Source of the DNA: an uncultured Muribaculaceae bacterium
GTDB taxonomy: Bacteria > Bacillota_I > Bacilli_A > RF39 > UBA660
Assembly: GCA_964371745.1 (NCBI GenBank)
Contig: CAYJNS010000001.1
Location: 1 to 55,246, forward strand
DNA length: 55,246 nucleotides
Direction: 5' to 3'
Shown here piece after piece: positions 46,419 to 55,246 of this stretch. Under the pieces are notes generated by a model. The model saw only the letters and a list, made by a program, of their open reading frames with translations. It was not told the DNA's origin and ran no database searches. Each line of letters begins with the position of its first letter. Positions within the stretch are counted from its first letter, which is position 1. A program made the translations under genes and the position numbers.

Positions 46419-47219
46419 ATGGAAGATTATAAAAAATTAATAGCAAATTTTGTAACTGTATTAAGTGAAGAAGATGCAAAAAAAATAGTTGGTGAAGCAG
46501 ATGAAAATACTGTTGATAATATATTTAATAAATATTTATTAGATAGTAAATCTGTTGTAAAAAAAATACAAGGTGAATTAAGTCGATTACAACCTAAAAA
46601 GGAATTATTAAAAAAAATAGAATTATTAGGTGAAGGTGCAAGCATTGAAATAGGAACTAAAATAATAAGTGGAGAAAAACTTGATAAATTAAAAAGTGAT
46701 CTAACTATTGAAGTTTCTGCTGGGTGGTTTTTCTTAGCAAATAAGTTAAATGAAATCATCGCAATAAGAGATTTTATTGGAAATAAATTTAAAGCATTAA
46801 AATTATTAAATAAAAGTGATAGTAGCCAATATTTTGATTATATGTATAGCTCAATAGTGGATTCATTTTTGGATAAAATATTAAAAATAAGAGCAGAAAT
46901 GGTAAAATATAAATATTTACTTAAATATTTAGCTTGTAAACATGGCGTGAATTTATCAGGCTATGATAAAAAAGAATATGGAATATATTTAAGTTCTAAT
47001 GAAAGAGATGTAAATAGTAATACAAATGAATTAGATGCCTTACTTAAACAAAAAGAATATTTTGATATATTAAATTCAGATATTAATTTTAAATTTATTA
47101 ATGGAGAAATAGTATCGTTAGATAGTGATATAAAGGAGGCAATAGTATTAGATATAGTTGCCCATGATTATTTTAAAATATTATATAGTGAAATTTGTAA
47201 TAAAAATATGAAAAAATAA
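46419..47219 (+). CDS. Hypothetical protein (about 266 aa, helical/coiled-coil-like)
   Basis: Long ORF; ATG 46419 with GGTGA 5 nt upstream. No family recognised. Confidence 0.55.
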   Translation: MEDYKKLIANFVTVLSEEDAKKIVGEADENTVDNIFNKYLLDSKSVVKKIQGELSRLQPKKELLKKIELLGEGASIEIGTKIISGEKLDKLKSDLTIEVSAGWFFLANKLNEIIAIRDFIGNKFKALKLLNKSDSSQYFDYMYSSIVDSFLDKILKIRAEMVKYKYLLKYLACKHGVNLSGYDKKEYGIYLSSNERDVNSNTNELDALLKQKEYFDILNSDINFKFINGEIVSLDSDIKEAIVLDIVAHDYFKILYSEICNKNMKK

Positions 47220-47266
47220 AAAGAAAGGACTATATTACTTGTCAATATGACTAGGATATAGATTAT

Positions 47267-48601
47267 ATGATAAATATGAAATACCATTTTATAGGAATAA
47301 AAGGAACAGGAATGGCTTCTCTTGCTCAAATAATGTTTGATTTAGGTTTTGATGTACAAGGAAGTGATAAAGAAAATCATTTCTTTACAGAAGATGATTT
47401 AATTAAAAAAGGAATTAAAGTTCTTGTATTTGATGAGGATAATATTACTCAAGATTTAATAATAGTTCAAGGCAATGCATTTGATGATAGTAATTGTGAA
47501 GTGAAAAAAGCAAAAGAATTAAATTTAAAAATTTATTCATATCAAGAAATGATTGGTAAAATTACTGATGAATTTAAAACAATTACAGTATCTGGTTGTC
47601 ATGGTAAAACAACTACATCAGCATTAATGAGTCATGTAATTAATAATATATGTGGCTGTAATTATTTAATTGTTGATGGAACAGGACATGCAACTAAAGA
47701 AAATGAATTTTTTGTATTAGAAGCTTGCGAATGGAAAAGACACTTTTTGGCATATACTCCATACTACGCTATAATTACAAATATAGAACTTGATCATGTT
47801 GATTACTTTAAAGATATAGATGATGTAATAAATGCTTATGAAGAGTATTCTAATAAGGCTAAAAAAGTAGTTATTGCATGTGGAGATGATTTATATACGA
47901 GAAAGTTAAAATGTAATAAACAAATTGTTTATTATGGTATAAATGAAGATAATGATGTAATTGCTAAAAATGTTAAGTTAACAGAAAAAGGAACTGAATT
48001 TGATGTATATATAAAAGGTGAACTATATGGTAATTTTAATTTACCATTATTTGGAAAACATATGTTACTAAACTCTTTAGCGGTTATTACGGTATGTTTT
48101 TATGAAAATATTGCTTCAGAAGATATAAATAAGTATTTAAAAACATTTAAAGGTGCTAAAAGAAGATTTAAAGAAAATATAATTAATGATATAGTTACGA
48201 TAGATGATTATGCTCATCATCCTACAGAAGTATCAGTAACAATAAATGCAGCTAGACAAAAATATCCAAATAAAAAGATTGTTGCTATATTTAAAGCTCA
48301 TACACTTTCAAGAGTTAAAGAGTTTTCTAAAGAATTTGCAGATGCTCTTAACTTAGCAGATAAATCATATATTACAGAAATTGGTGTTGATAGAGTAGAA
48401 ATTGGTTATGAAGGCGTTACACATGATTTGATACTTTCTAAACTTAACAATGGAGATTTAATAACACTTGATGATGCAAAAGAATTAATGAAGTATAAAG
48501 ATGCAGTTATTATATTTATGAGTAGTAAAGATATATATTTATTACAAGAAAAATATGAAAAGTTGTTAAAAGAAAATAATAAAATAGTAAAACTATTTTA
48601 A
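47267..48601 (+). CDS. murC: UDP-N-acetylmuramate--L-alanine ligase
   Basis: HFIGIKGTGMASLA, SGCHGKTTTS, ACEWKRHFL (E...SF-type), NIELDH.DYF, and DDYAHHPTE. Confidence 0.9.
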   Translation: MINMKYHFIGIKGTGMASLAQIMFDLGFDVQGSDKENHFFTEDDLIKKGIKVLVFDEDNITQDLIIVQGNAFDDSNCEVKKAKELNLKIYSYQEMIGKITDEFKTITVSGCHGKTTTSALMSHVINNICGCNYLIVDGTGHATKENEFFVLEACEWKRHFLAYTPYYAIITNIELDHVDYFKDIDDVINAYEEYSNKAKKVVIACGDDLYTRKLKCNKQIVYYGINEDNDVIAKNVKLTEKGTEFDVYIKGELYGNFNLPLFGKHMLLNSLAVITVCFYENIASEDINKYLKTFKGAKRRFKENIINDIVTIDDYAHHPTEVSVTINAARQKYPNKKIVAIFKAHTLSRVKEFSKEFADALNLADKSYITEIGVDRVEIGYEGVTHDLILSKLNNGDLITLDDAKELMKYKDAVIIFMSSKDIYLLQEKYEKLLKENNKIVKLF

Positions 48602-48612
48602 GTTTTACTTTT

Positions 48613-48649
48613 TTCAAATACATTATCTTTTTAATATAATGTATTTGAA
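48613..48649. other. 14-bp perfect-stem hairpin after murC (no U-tail)
   Basis: ttcaaatacattat-ctttttaat-ataatgtatttgaa, preceded by a T-run and followed by an A-run. Confidence 0.6.
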
Positions 48650-48672
48650 AAATATGAAAGGTATTAAAAATT

Positions 48673-49542
48673 ATGGAAAATAAAATAGATTTACATATTC
48701 ATACTAATATATCTGATGGTAAACACACTCCATTTGAAATAATAGATATGGCAGTAGAAAATAATGTTAAAACAATAGCAATAGCTGATCATGATTCAGT
48801 AGATGCGTATACAAAAGAATTTTTTGATTACGCTAATTTTAATAATATAGAAATAATTACTGCAGTTGAAATATCTACTAAGTTAAATAATATTAGTATT
48901 CATATATTGGGATATGATATTGATATTAATAATGAAGAATTGAAAAAAGAATTAGAAAAACAAAGAAATTCTAGATTTATATACTTGAAGGAAGTATCAA
49001 ATAAATTAAATCAATTAGGTTATGTTGTTAATTTAGAAAAATTGAGTAAAATAGATGGAGTTACAAAAAATCATATAGCTAAAGATGTTGTTTTTAATGA
49101 GTTAAATAAAGATGTTTTGTTTAAAAAATATTCATATATTCCTGCGGCAGGAGAATTTATAGAAACTATTTTAAATTATGGGTGCCCAGCTTTTGTTAAA
49201 AAACATACATTGACTCCAAAAAAAGCTTCTAAATTAATTAAAAATGCATCTGGAAAAGTAGTTTTAGCACATCCTGTTGTATATAATAGTAAAGATAATT
49301 TATCAGTCAATCAAATAAAAGAAATTTTAGTGGAAATTAATGCAGATGGAATAGAGGCTAATTATATTTATATTAATAAAAGAAATGAATTTATAAATCA
49401 AATATTTTTATGGAATAATGTAGCTAAAGAGTTAAATATTTTTACTACTATAGGTTCAGATTTTCATGAACTTGATAACATTAATGCAAATATAGGCCTT
49501 ATTAATTATGAAGAGGTATTTACTGAAAATAAATTAACATAA
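48673..49542 (+). CDS. PHP-domain metal-dependent phosphoesterase (TrpH/YciV-like)
   Basis: IDLHIHTNISDG, IAIADHDS, E.S......IHILGY, and AHP... Confidence 0.8.
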   Translation: MENKIDLHIHTNISDGKHTPFEIIDMAVENNVKTIAIADHDSVDAYTKEFFDYANFNNIEIITAVEISTKLNNISIHILGYDIDINNEELKKELEKQRNSRFIYLKEVSNKLNQLGYVVNLEKLSKIDGVTKNHIAKDVVFNELNKDVLFKKYSYIPAAGEFIETILNYGCPAFVKKHTLTPKKASKLIKNASGKVVLAHPVVYNSKDNLSVNQIKEILVEINADGIEANYIYINKRNEFINQIFLWNNVAKELNIFTTIGSDFHELDNINANIGLINYEEVFTENKLT

Positions 49543-49590
49543 ATTTTAAATATATATGTTATAATATATATTGTAAAGAGAGGTTAATAA

Positions 49591-51252
49591 ATGAATGTGA
49601 ACAAAATAGTTTTTACATCAATATTTTTAATTTTTATAGCTGTACTCAGTATTTCTATAGGTTATTCAGCACTTAATTCAACATTAACTATTAGTGGGGA
49701 TGCCACTGTAATAAATAAACAAAATATTAAAATAAATAATATAATATATAAAGATGTTGTCTCAAATGCAAAAGAAATTTATAATTCTAGTTTTTCTGAC
49801 AATGTAGGTAATATTGGAATAAATCTGCCTAATATAGATTCATCAATAACATATACAATAACAATTTTAAATGAAACAGATAGTAATTATTATCTGGGGA
49901 ATGTTGAAGGAATTACCAATACTAATCCTGATATAAGTTATGAAATATTAAATAAAGAAAATATTGTACTAAGTCCTAATACTAGTACAGAATTTGATAT
50001 TAAGTTTACTTATGATGGAGCTTTACCCGATAATAAAGATTTATCTATAAGTTTAAAGTTTAATTTCCATTTAAATTATCGTGAAGAAATATTAAATGGA
50101 GCTTATCCAATTTTAAATAGTGGATTAATACCTGTTACTATAGGTAATGATGGTACTGTAATGGTTGCTGATACAGAAGTTGAGTGGTATAGCTATGAAA
50201 GTAAAGTTTGGGCTAACGCAGTACTTGTAAAAGACCCTTCTGTTACTTATGAAGTTGGAACTATAATACCTATGAATGATATAAAGCAAATGTATGTATG
50301 GATCCCAAGGTATTCTTATGATGCATCTTCAATAGAAAATGATAAAAATGCAATTGATATAACTTTTGTAAATAATGAAACTGTTGCTCACCCTGCATTT
50401 ACATTTGGAACTGATGAACTAAATGGTTTTTGGGTTGGTAAATTTGAAACTGGTTATGAATTTGGTGAAGATATGACAAGTCCAACGTTAGATTACTCTA
50501 TAAAACCTAATGTATATTCTATTGGACCAATAGATATTTACTCGATGTATCAAGGTGTAATTAAAACTAATAATAAGTTTGGATTAGATTCTAGTAGTGA
50601 CTTGCATGTTATTAAAAATACTGAATGGGGAGCAGTTACTTATATTACTCACTCTATATATGGAATATGTACCAGTGATACTAATTGTCCAACAATGACT
50701 AATAATTACTATGCAAATAATTTAAATGATATTATAACAGGGTGTGGTGGAACAACACAACCCACTATTACATCTGGAATTAATGATATTAGTATTTGTC
50801 CTGCTGATTATAGATGGAATACTGTTAATGGATATAAAGCAAGTACTACAAAAAATATAAGTGGTATATACGATTTATCTGCAGGTAAATACGAATATGT
50901 AATGACATTTATGGAAAATCCTTCAGGAGGAGTTTATACTTCGAATAGTAAATTCACGCAAAGTAATCTTCCTGATGAAAAATATTATGATTTATATCCA
51001 GAAAATACTAATAATAAAAATTCTAATGGAGTTATTGGAGATGCTATTCTTGAAATCAAAGACCCAACGGCGACTTATTCATGGAATTATGATTATGCAA
51101 TATTTCACACAACAACATCACCGTTTATTGTAAGAAGTGCTCGTGTAGGAAGTTGGCATTATGCGGGAATGTTTGCTTATTATGGTGTTACAGGTACTTC
51201 CTCTGGTGGTGTTGGAGCTTTTGCTACTCGAAATGTTATAGCTCCAATATAA
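49591..51252 (+). CDS. Family-B anchored protein, copy B1: TasA/camelysin-like N-module + large head
   Basis: TM helix ending IGYSALNSTLTISGDATV. The roughly 160-aa N-module is shared with 53096. The head has WANAVLV, MYVWIPRYSY, HPAFTFG...GFWVGKFE, WGAVTYITHS, and ISGIYDLSAGKYEYV. Confidence 0.65.
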   Translation: MNVNKIVFTSIFLIFIAVLSISIGYSALNSTLTISGDATVINKQNIKINNIIYKDVVSNAKEIYNSSFSDNVGNIGINLPNIDSSITYTITILNETDSNYYLGNVEGITNTNPDISYEILNKENIVLSPNTSTEFDIKFTYDGALPDNKDLSISLKFNFHLNYREEILNGAYPILNSGLIPVTIGNDGTVMVADTEVEWYSYESKVWANAVLVKDPSVTYEVGTIIPMNDIKQMYVWIPRYSYDASSIENDKNAIDITFVNNETVAHPAFTFGTDELNGFWVGKFETGYEFGEDMTSPTLDYSIKPNVYSIGPIDIYSMYQGVIKTNNKFGLDSSSDLHVIKNTEWGAVTYITHSIYGICTSDTNCPTMTNNYYANNLNDIITGCGGTTQPTITSGINDISICPADYRWNTVNGYKASTTKNISGIYDLSAGKYEYVMTFMENPSGGVYTSNSKFTQSNLPDEKYYDLYPENTNNKNSNGVIGDAILEIKDPTATYSWNYDYAIFHTTTSPFIVRSARVGSWHYAGMFAYYGVTGTSSGGVGAFATRNVIAPI

Positions 51253-51287
51253 ATAAAATCTGGAAAATGAAAGGATCTTTGTAAAAA

Positions 51288-53042
51288 ATGAATGAACCAA
51301 ATATAATAAATAATGTAGAAAATAATCGTTCTTATCCAACAATAAATCGTATAAATAGGCAATTGTTTAATAATGGAAGAGAAGAAATTGATGAATTTGC
51401 AGCTTATTCATACTCACAAGGGTTTGACATGGTGGGTAATATGGTGTATCAAACTCTAATATCTATCCAAGAAAATTTTAAATTTAATAATTTAGCAAAA
51501 ATAGTTATATATGATATAACATCTAATGAAATACACAAAGAAGTTATACTTGATATTGGTCATGCTAATAGTATAACAGTTAATGAAAATAAAAAAGAGT
51601 TATATATAGCTGAATGTTATAGATATAATTCTGATAATACAAAAGCTTTATCAAATAAAATATTTGTAATTGATATTGAAACTTTATTTATAAAAGAAAG
51701 TTATAATGTTTTAGGTGTAGAAGCATTAGCTAGTTGTACGTATGATAAAATAACTAAAAAGCTTTATTGTAATTATGAAACTGAAGTTTATGAATTAAAT
51801 GATAATTTTGAAGTTGTTGATAAAATTATTTTACCAGAAATAGAGTTTGAGTATATAATGCAAACGATTAATATATTTGGTAATAAAATATTTAAAACGA
51901 TATATAATCCTAATGCTTTACTAGAATATAATATTAAAGGTCAATTAGTAAAAATATATAATTTTAATAGTTATAGTAGTGATGGATATTATATAGGTGA
52001 ATTTGAAGATTTTACAGTTATAGATAACGATATATACATAACGACATCACTTTTTCCTTGTAATAGTAGTGGATATAATATGAGTCAAATATTTAATATA
52101 AATATCAAAACTGATCAAATATCAAAAAATAAAAGCACAAACAATACGCAAACGATAAAAAAATATATAGTTGATAATAATTCTATTTGTGTAAATCCTG
52201 ATGGAAGTAAGAATAAACCATTTAAAGAAGTTTTTGAAGTAATACCTTTTATAAATAATTCTTCTTTTCCTTGTGAAATTAAAGTGTTAAAAGCAGAAAA
52301 CAGGTATTCATTTTTATATTTGACTCAAATTAATAATGTTAGATTTACAGCGGAAGTTGGAGTTGAAATTAATGGTATAAGATGTAATAAAATATCAAAT
52401 GTATTTATAAATAATTTTAATATCGGTTATAATAAAGCTTTTACAATTCCACTTAAAATTATTGAATCTTCTGTTACGATAAATAATTGTATTTTTAATA
52501 ATACAATAGGAAAGTTTAATAACTCAATAGAATTAGCAAACAGTGAACTAACTATTACAGGAACTTTTAAGGGCGTGGATAATATATGTGACATAGTATT
52601 AAATAGTGGTAGTAAATTAAATAATAAATTTCCAATAAATTTAGATTTTAGAGCTTCAGATATATTTTTAAATCCAAATAAATATATCATAGCAAAAGAT
52701 TTAGAAAGAATAGATATTGGAGATAGGATACCTCTAAATATCTGTTGTAAAAATAATTTTAATAAATTAAAATCTATATTTAAATATATTAATTTTGATA
52801 TAATTTATTTAGAAAATCAAGAAAAAACAATTACAATAGATATAGATGCTGATAAGTATAAATTTTATGTTAATTGTATAGATGATTATGAGTCATTATC
52901 GCTATTGGTATATAGTATAGAATTATCATTTGACTCTTCTGGGGAGTTGTATTTTAAATCGAGCAAATGTGCAAATATAAACGAAAAAAAATATAATGAA
53001 ATATCAAATTTAAAAATAAAAACTATATGGCTTTCAAATTAA
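51288..53042 (+). CDS. Hypothetical 584-aa protein without signal peptide; central right-handed beta-helix-like region
   Basis: YIVDNNSICVNPDGSKNKPFKEVFEVI resembles a beta-helix N-cap. It is followed by N-rich short repeats (NN..I...). Confidence 0.5.
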   Translation: MNEPNIINNVENNRSYPTINRINRQLFNNGREEIDEFAAYSYSQGFDMVGNMVYQTLISIQENFKFNNLAKIVIYDITSNEIHKEVILDIGHANSITVNENKKELYIAECYRYNSDNTKALSNKIFVIDIETLFIKESYNVLGVEALASCTYDKITKKLYCNYETEVYELNDNFEVVDKIILPEIEFEYIMQTINIFGNKIFKTIYNPNALLEYNIKGQLVKIYNFNSYSSDGYYIGEFEDFTVIDNDIYITTSLFPCNSSGYNMSQIFNINIKTDQISKNKSTNNTQTIKKYIVDNNSICVNPDGSKNKPFKEVFEVIPFINNSSFPCEIKVLKAENRYSFLYLTQINNVRFTAEVGVEINGIRCNKISNVFINNFNIGYNKAFTIPLKIIESSVTINNCIFNNTIGKFNNSIELANSELTITGTFKGVDNICDIVLNSGSKLNNKFPINLDFRASDIFLNPNKYIIAKDLERIDIGDRIPLNICCKNNFNKLKSIFKYINFDIIYLENQEKTITIDIDADKYKFYVNCIDDYESLSLLVYSIELSFDSSGELYFKSSKCANINEKKYNEISNLKIKTIWLSN

Positions 53043-53095
53043 TAATATTTTGATATTTCTTTTGTTAAAGTGATTAGGTAAGAAAGGTTGTTATA

Positions 53096-54163
53096 ATGAA
53101 AAAAGTAATGAATACTAAATTAGTAATTACAATTGTAATATTTACTTCTATTTTATTTATGACAATAGGTTATTCAGCATTAAACGTAAATTTAACAATA
53201 AGTGGTGAAGCTAGCGTTATTCCTCAATCTTTTATAGAAGTCACTAATATATCTATTAAAAGTCAAGAAAATGGTGGATTAGAAAATTATAATTCAGCTT
53301 TTATTGGAAATCAATCAAATATTCATGTTAGTTTACCAAATCAAAATTCAACTATTACTTATGAAATAGAAGTAACAAATGATACAATTAATAATTATTA
53401 CTTAAATAATATAGAAGAGTTATCAACAAATAATATAAATATTAAGTATGAAATAATAAATAAAGAATCAATATTTATTGCGCCAAATAGTGTTCAAGTC
53501 ATAGAAATAAAATTTTATTACGATTCTGTAATAACTTCTAATGTAGATTTATCATTATCACTTAGATATGATTTTATATCTGTACCATTTGAAAATTTAG
53601 AATATATAGTAAGTACAGGAACTCAATATATAGATACAGGGATTATGAATACAGGAGATTATACCTTTGAAAGTGAATATTGGTTTGAAACGAATTTAGA
53701 AAAAGATGGAGTATGGCTTTTCAGTGGACGTAAAACAACTGAGTACACACTAGGTTTTTACATGTTAAACGGCGGTACTATAATTAATAGTTATGGTGGA
53801 ACAACTTTAACATATTCTGGTAAATATTTTCCTATAGAAACTTGGCATGAATTATATTATTCACGTACTAAAGCATCTATAAATGGATTTAACGTTCCAG
53901 TTATAGCTCAAAAATTAGTGCCTGAGGAACACGGTGCATCTATATTACTTGGTGCCAATATTGTAAACTGGGATGGAGGAATAGATACAAGATATTTTAT
54001 AGGAAGAATACAATATTTTAAAATTACAGATGTTACGACTGGCAATTTAATTAGAAATTTTGTACCTGTTAAATTAAATGATACTAATGAAGTTTTATAC
54101 TGGGATACAGTAGAGAAACAATATTATAGTAATATAGGAACTGGAGCATTTACTTCACCTTAA
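53096..54163 (+). CDS. Family-B anchored protein, copy B2: same N-module + LamG/jelly-roll-like head
   Basis: MTIGYSALNVNLTISGEASV. N-module is colinear with B1 (LPN..S.ITY.I.V.N.T.N.YYL.N, I.YEI.NKE, LS.SL...F). The head begins LEYIVSTGTQYIDTG and ends YYSNIGTGAFT. Confidence 0.65.
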   Translation: MKKVMNTKLVITIVIFTSILFMTIGYSALNVNLTISGEASVIPQSFIEVTNISIKSQENGGLENYNSAFIGNQSNIHVSLPNQNSTITYEIEVTNDTINNYYLNNIEELSTNNINIKYEIINKESIFIAPNSVQVIEIKFYYDSVITSNVDLSLSLRYDFISVPFENLEYIVSTGTQYIDTGIMNTGDYTFESEYWFETNLEKDGVWLFSGRKTTEYTLGFYMLNGGTIINSYGGTTLTYSGKYFPIETWHELYYSRTKASINGFNVPVIAQKLVPEEHGASILLGANIVNWDGGIDTRYFIGRIQYFKITDVTTGNLIRNFVPVKLNDTNEVLYWDTVEKQYYSNIGTGAFTSP

Positions 54164-54199
54164 TAAATTGTTATAATTAAATAGAAAAGAGGCATTTAT

Positions 54200-54880
54200 A
54201 TGAAATTTATATTAAATAAAGACCCTTTGTCTTATGAGGTAAATGCGATTGTGATGTACTTAAAAAATTATAAGTTTTTTGAAAAATATAAATATAATGT
54301 ATCTTATCCTGAATATGAAGAATTTAAGGAGTTATTAAATAAAGCAAGAAATGGAGATATTGAGGATTCTGATTACGAAGAAGTTCAAAGTCAATTTAAA
54401 AAAATTTTAGATATTGATAAGTATAATGCGTTATATGAAAAATGTAAAAATGTTATTATAGAAAACAATAAAATTTTAGAAAAAACCAAAAGCTTATTTG
54501 AGCAACTTAGTTTAAATTTTGATTTTAAATTATTTGATAATTATTTAGTTAATATTACTAAATATGGTCCAGGTGGTTCTTATGATTCAAGTGATGGTAG
54601 TATATTAATAAAATATGGAAAGAATGGTATTAAATTTTCAACATTAATTCACGAATTGTTTCATATAGGAATAGAAGAATCTATAATTCAAAAGTATAAT
54701 ATAAATCATGGTACAAAAGAATATATTGTTGATACTTTTATGTTAACATATTTTAATACATATTTTGATAATTATGTATATCAAGCATTGGATGATAATA
54801 TTGATGAATATGTTAAAGAAAATATTAAAGTTGGTTTTGATTTTAATAAATTAGATTATGTAATGTCACTAAAGATATAA
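54200..54880 (+). CDS. Hypothetical protein with HExxH motif (possible zinc metallopeptidase)
   Basis: The only motif is TLIHELFHIGIEE. No signal peptide. Confidence 0.4.
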   Translation: MKFILNKDPLSYEVNAIVMYLKNYKFFEKYKYNVSYPEYEEFKELLNKARNGDIEDSDYEEVQSQFKKILDIDKYNALYEKCKNVIIENNKILEKTKSLFEQLSLNFDFKLFDNYLVNITKYGPGGSYDSSDGSILIKYGKNGIKFSTLIHELFHIGIEESIIQKYNINHGTKEYIVDTFMLTYFNTYFDNYVYQALDDNIDEYVKENIKVGFDFNKLDYVMSLKI

Positions 54881-54951
54881 AGACGTTTATAATTGTAATT
54901 ATATATCACAATAATTAGCCTATAACATATATTAATATAGGTGATGCGAAA

Positions 54952-55246
54952 ATGGCTAAAAAAGTTGTAATTGACGCTGGTCATGGTGGGGAAGATCCAG
55001 GGGCTATAGGTAATGGGATAACTGAAAAAGATTTAAATTTAAAAATTAGTGAATATATTTATGATAGATTATCAGATATGAATATAGAGTCTGCTATGAC
55101 TAGAACTAGAGATACAACGCTTGATCCAGATACAAGAACAGAAATTGTTCAAAGTTTTTACGGAGACGGAGAAGATGTAATAGTTTTATCTAACCACATA
55201 AATGCAGGTGGTGGTGATAAGAAGAATGTAGTCTACATAACAATTT
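54952..55246 (+). CDS. N-acetylmuramoyl-L-alanine amidase, Amidase_3 family (CwlD-like); 3' end outside window
   Basis: Read by hand: MAKKVVIDAGHGGEDPGAIGNGITEKDLNLKIS...TRTRD....D...R......D..V.LSNHINAG. The frame stays open to the window end, and the ORF is not in the track. Confidence 0.8.
   Translation, partial: MAKKVVIDAGHGGEDPGAIGNGITEKDLNLKISEYIYDRLSDMNIESAMTRTRDTTLDPDTRTEIVQSFYGDGEDVIVLSNHINAGGGDKKNVVYITI

Noticed and set aside
48613-48649. The 14-bp perfect hairpin after murC as a regulatory element of special interest.
   Set aside because: It is most simply a transcript-end or stabiliser hairpin between murC and the PHP gene. It lacks a U-tail, but I see no repeat copies or a coding partner, so it is kept as a feature only.
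54200-54880. Calling the 226-aa ORF a metalloprotease acting on the neighbouring secreted proteins.
   Set aside because: The only evidence is a single HELFH motif, with no signal peptide. HExxH occurs by chance often enough that a functional link would be over-interpretation.

Overview
This is a low-GC (by eye under 30% G+C) Bacillota-type chromosome segment that uses the standard genetic code; TGA acts as a stop, for example at the secY/adk ATGA overlap. I saw no rRNA, tRNA, CRISPR, transposase or integrase.

(1) 1-10.1 kb holds the end of the S10 operon plus the spc and alpha ribosomal operons (rpsC' to rplQ, with secY-adk-map-infA-rpmJ). There is no rpmD between rpsE and rplO.

(2) 10.2-30.4 kb is an origin-proximal-type housekeeping block: parA-parB-DUF951-abgT-ychF, rpsF-ssb-rpsR, and rplI-dnaB-M23 peptidase-MBL-rlmH-ung. 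It is interrupted by accessory inserts:
- an AAA_14/DUF4143 ATPase behind twin hairpin repeats;
- a lone surface-protein paralog;
- a decayed purA;
- a tightly coupled operon of serine hydrolase, aminotransferase, ATP-grasp and SipW-type signal peptidase.

(3) 30.4-55.2 kb is an accessory, envelope-oriented region. It encodes LemA, a MOP flippase, a GerQ-like spore coat protein, a polytopic membrane protein with a C-terminal sigma-region-4-like HTH, a 32-aa peptide, an XRE regulator, murC and a PHP esterase.

The main candidate system is two families of N-terminally anchored modular proteins.
- Family A has 7 copies. Six sit in a back-to-back divergent array at 33.2-43.8 kb. All share an unrecognised ~200-aa N-module, fused either to a DUF6273-like head or to a glycine-rich head colinear with the ALK/LTK glycine-rich domain. 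Two of the glycine-rich heads carry a discoidin-like insertion.
- Family B has 2 copies at 49.6-54.2 kb. They share a TasA/camelysin-like N-module with different heads.

All nine N-termini resemble SipW-cognate signal peptides. All domain calls are motif-level readings made from memory without database searches.
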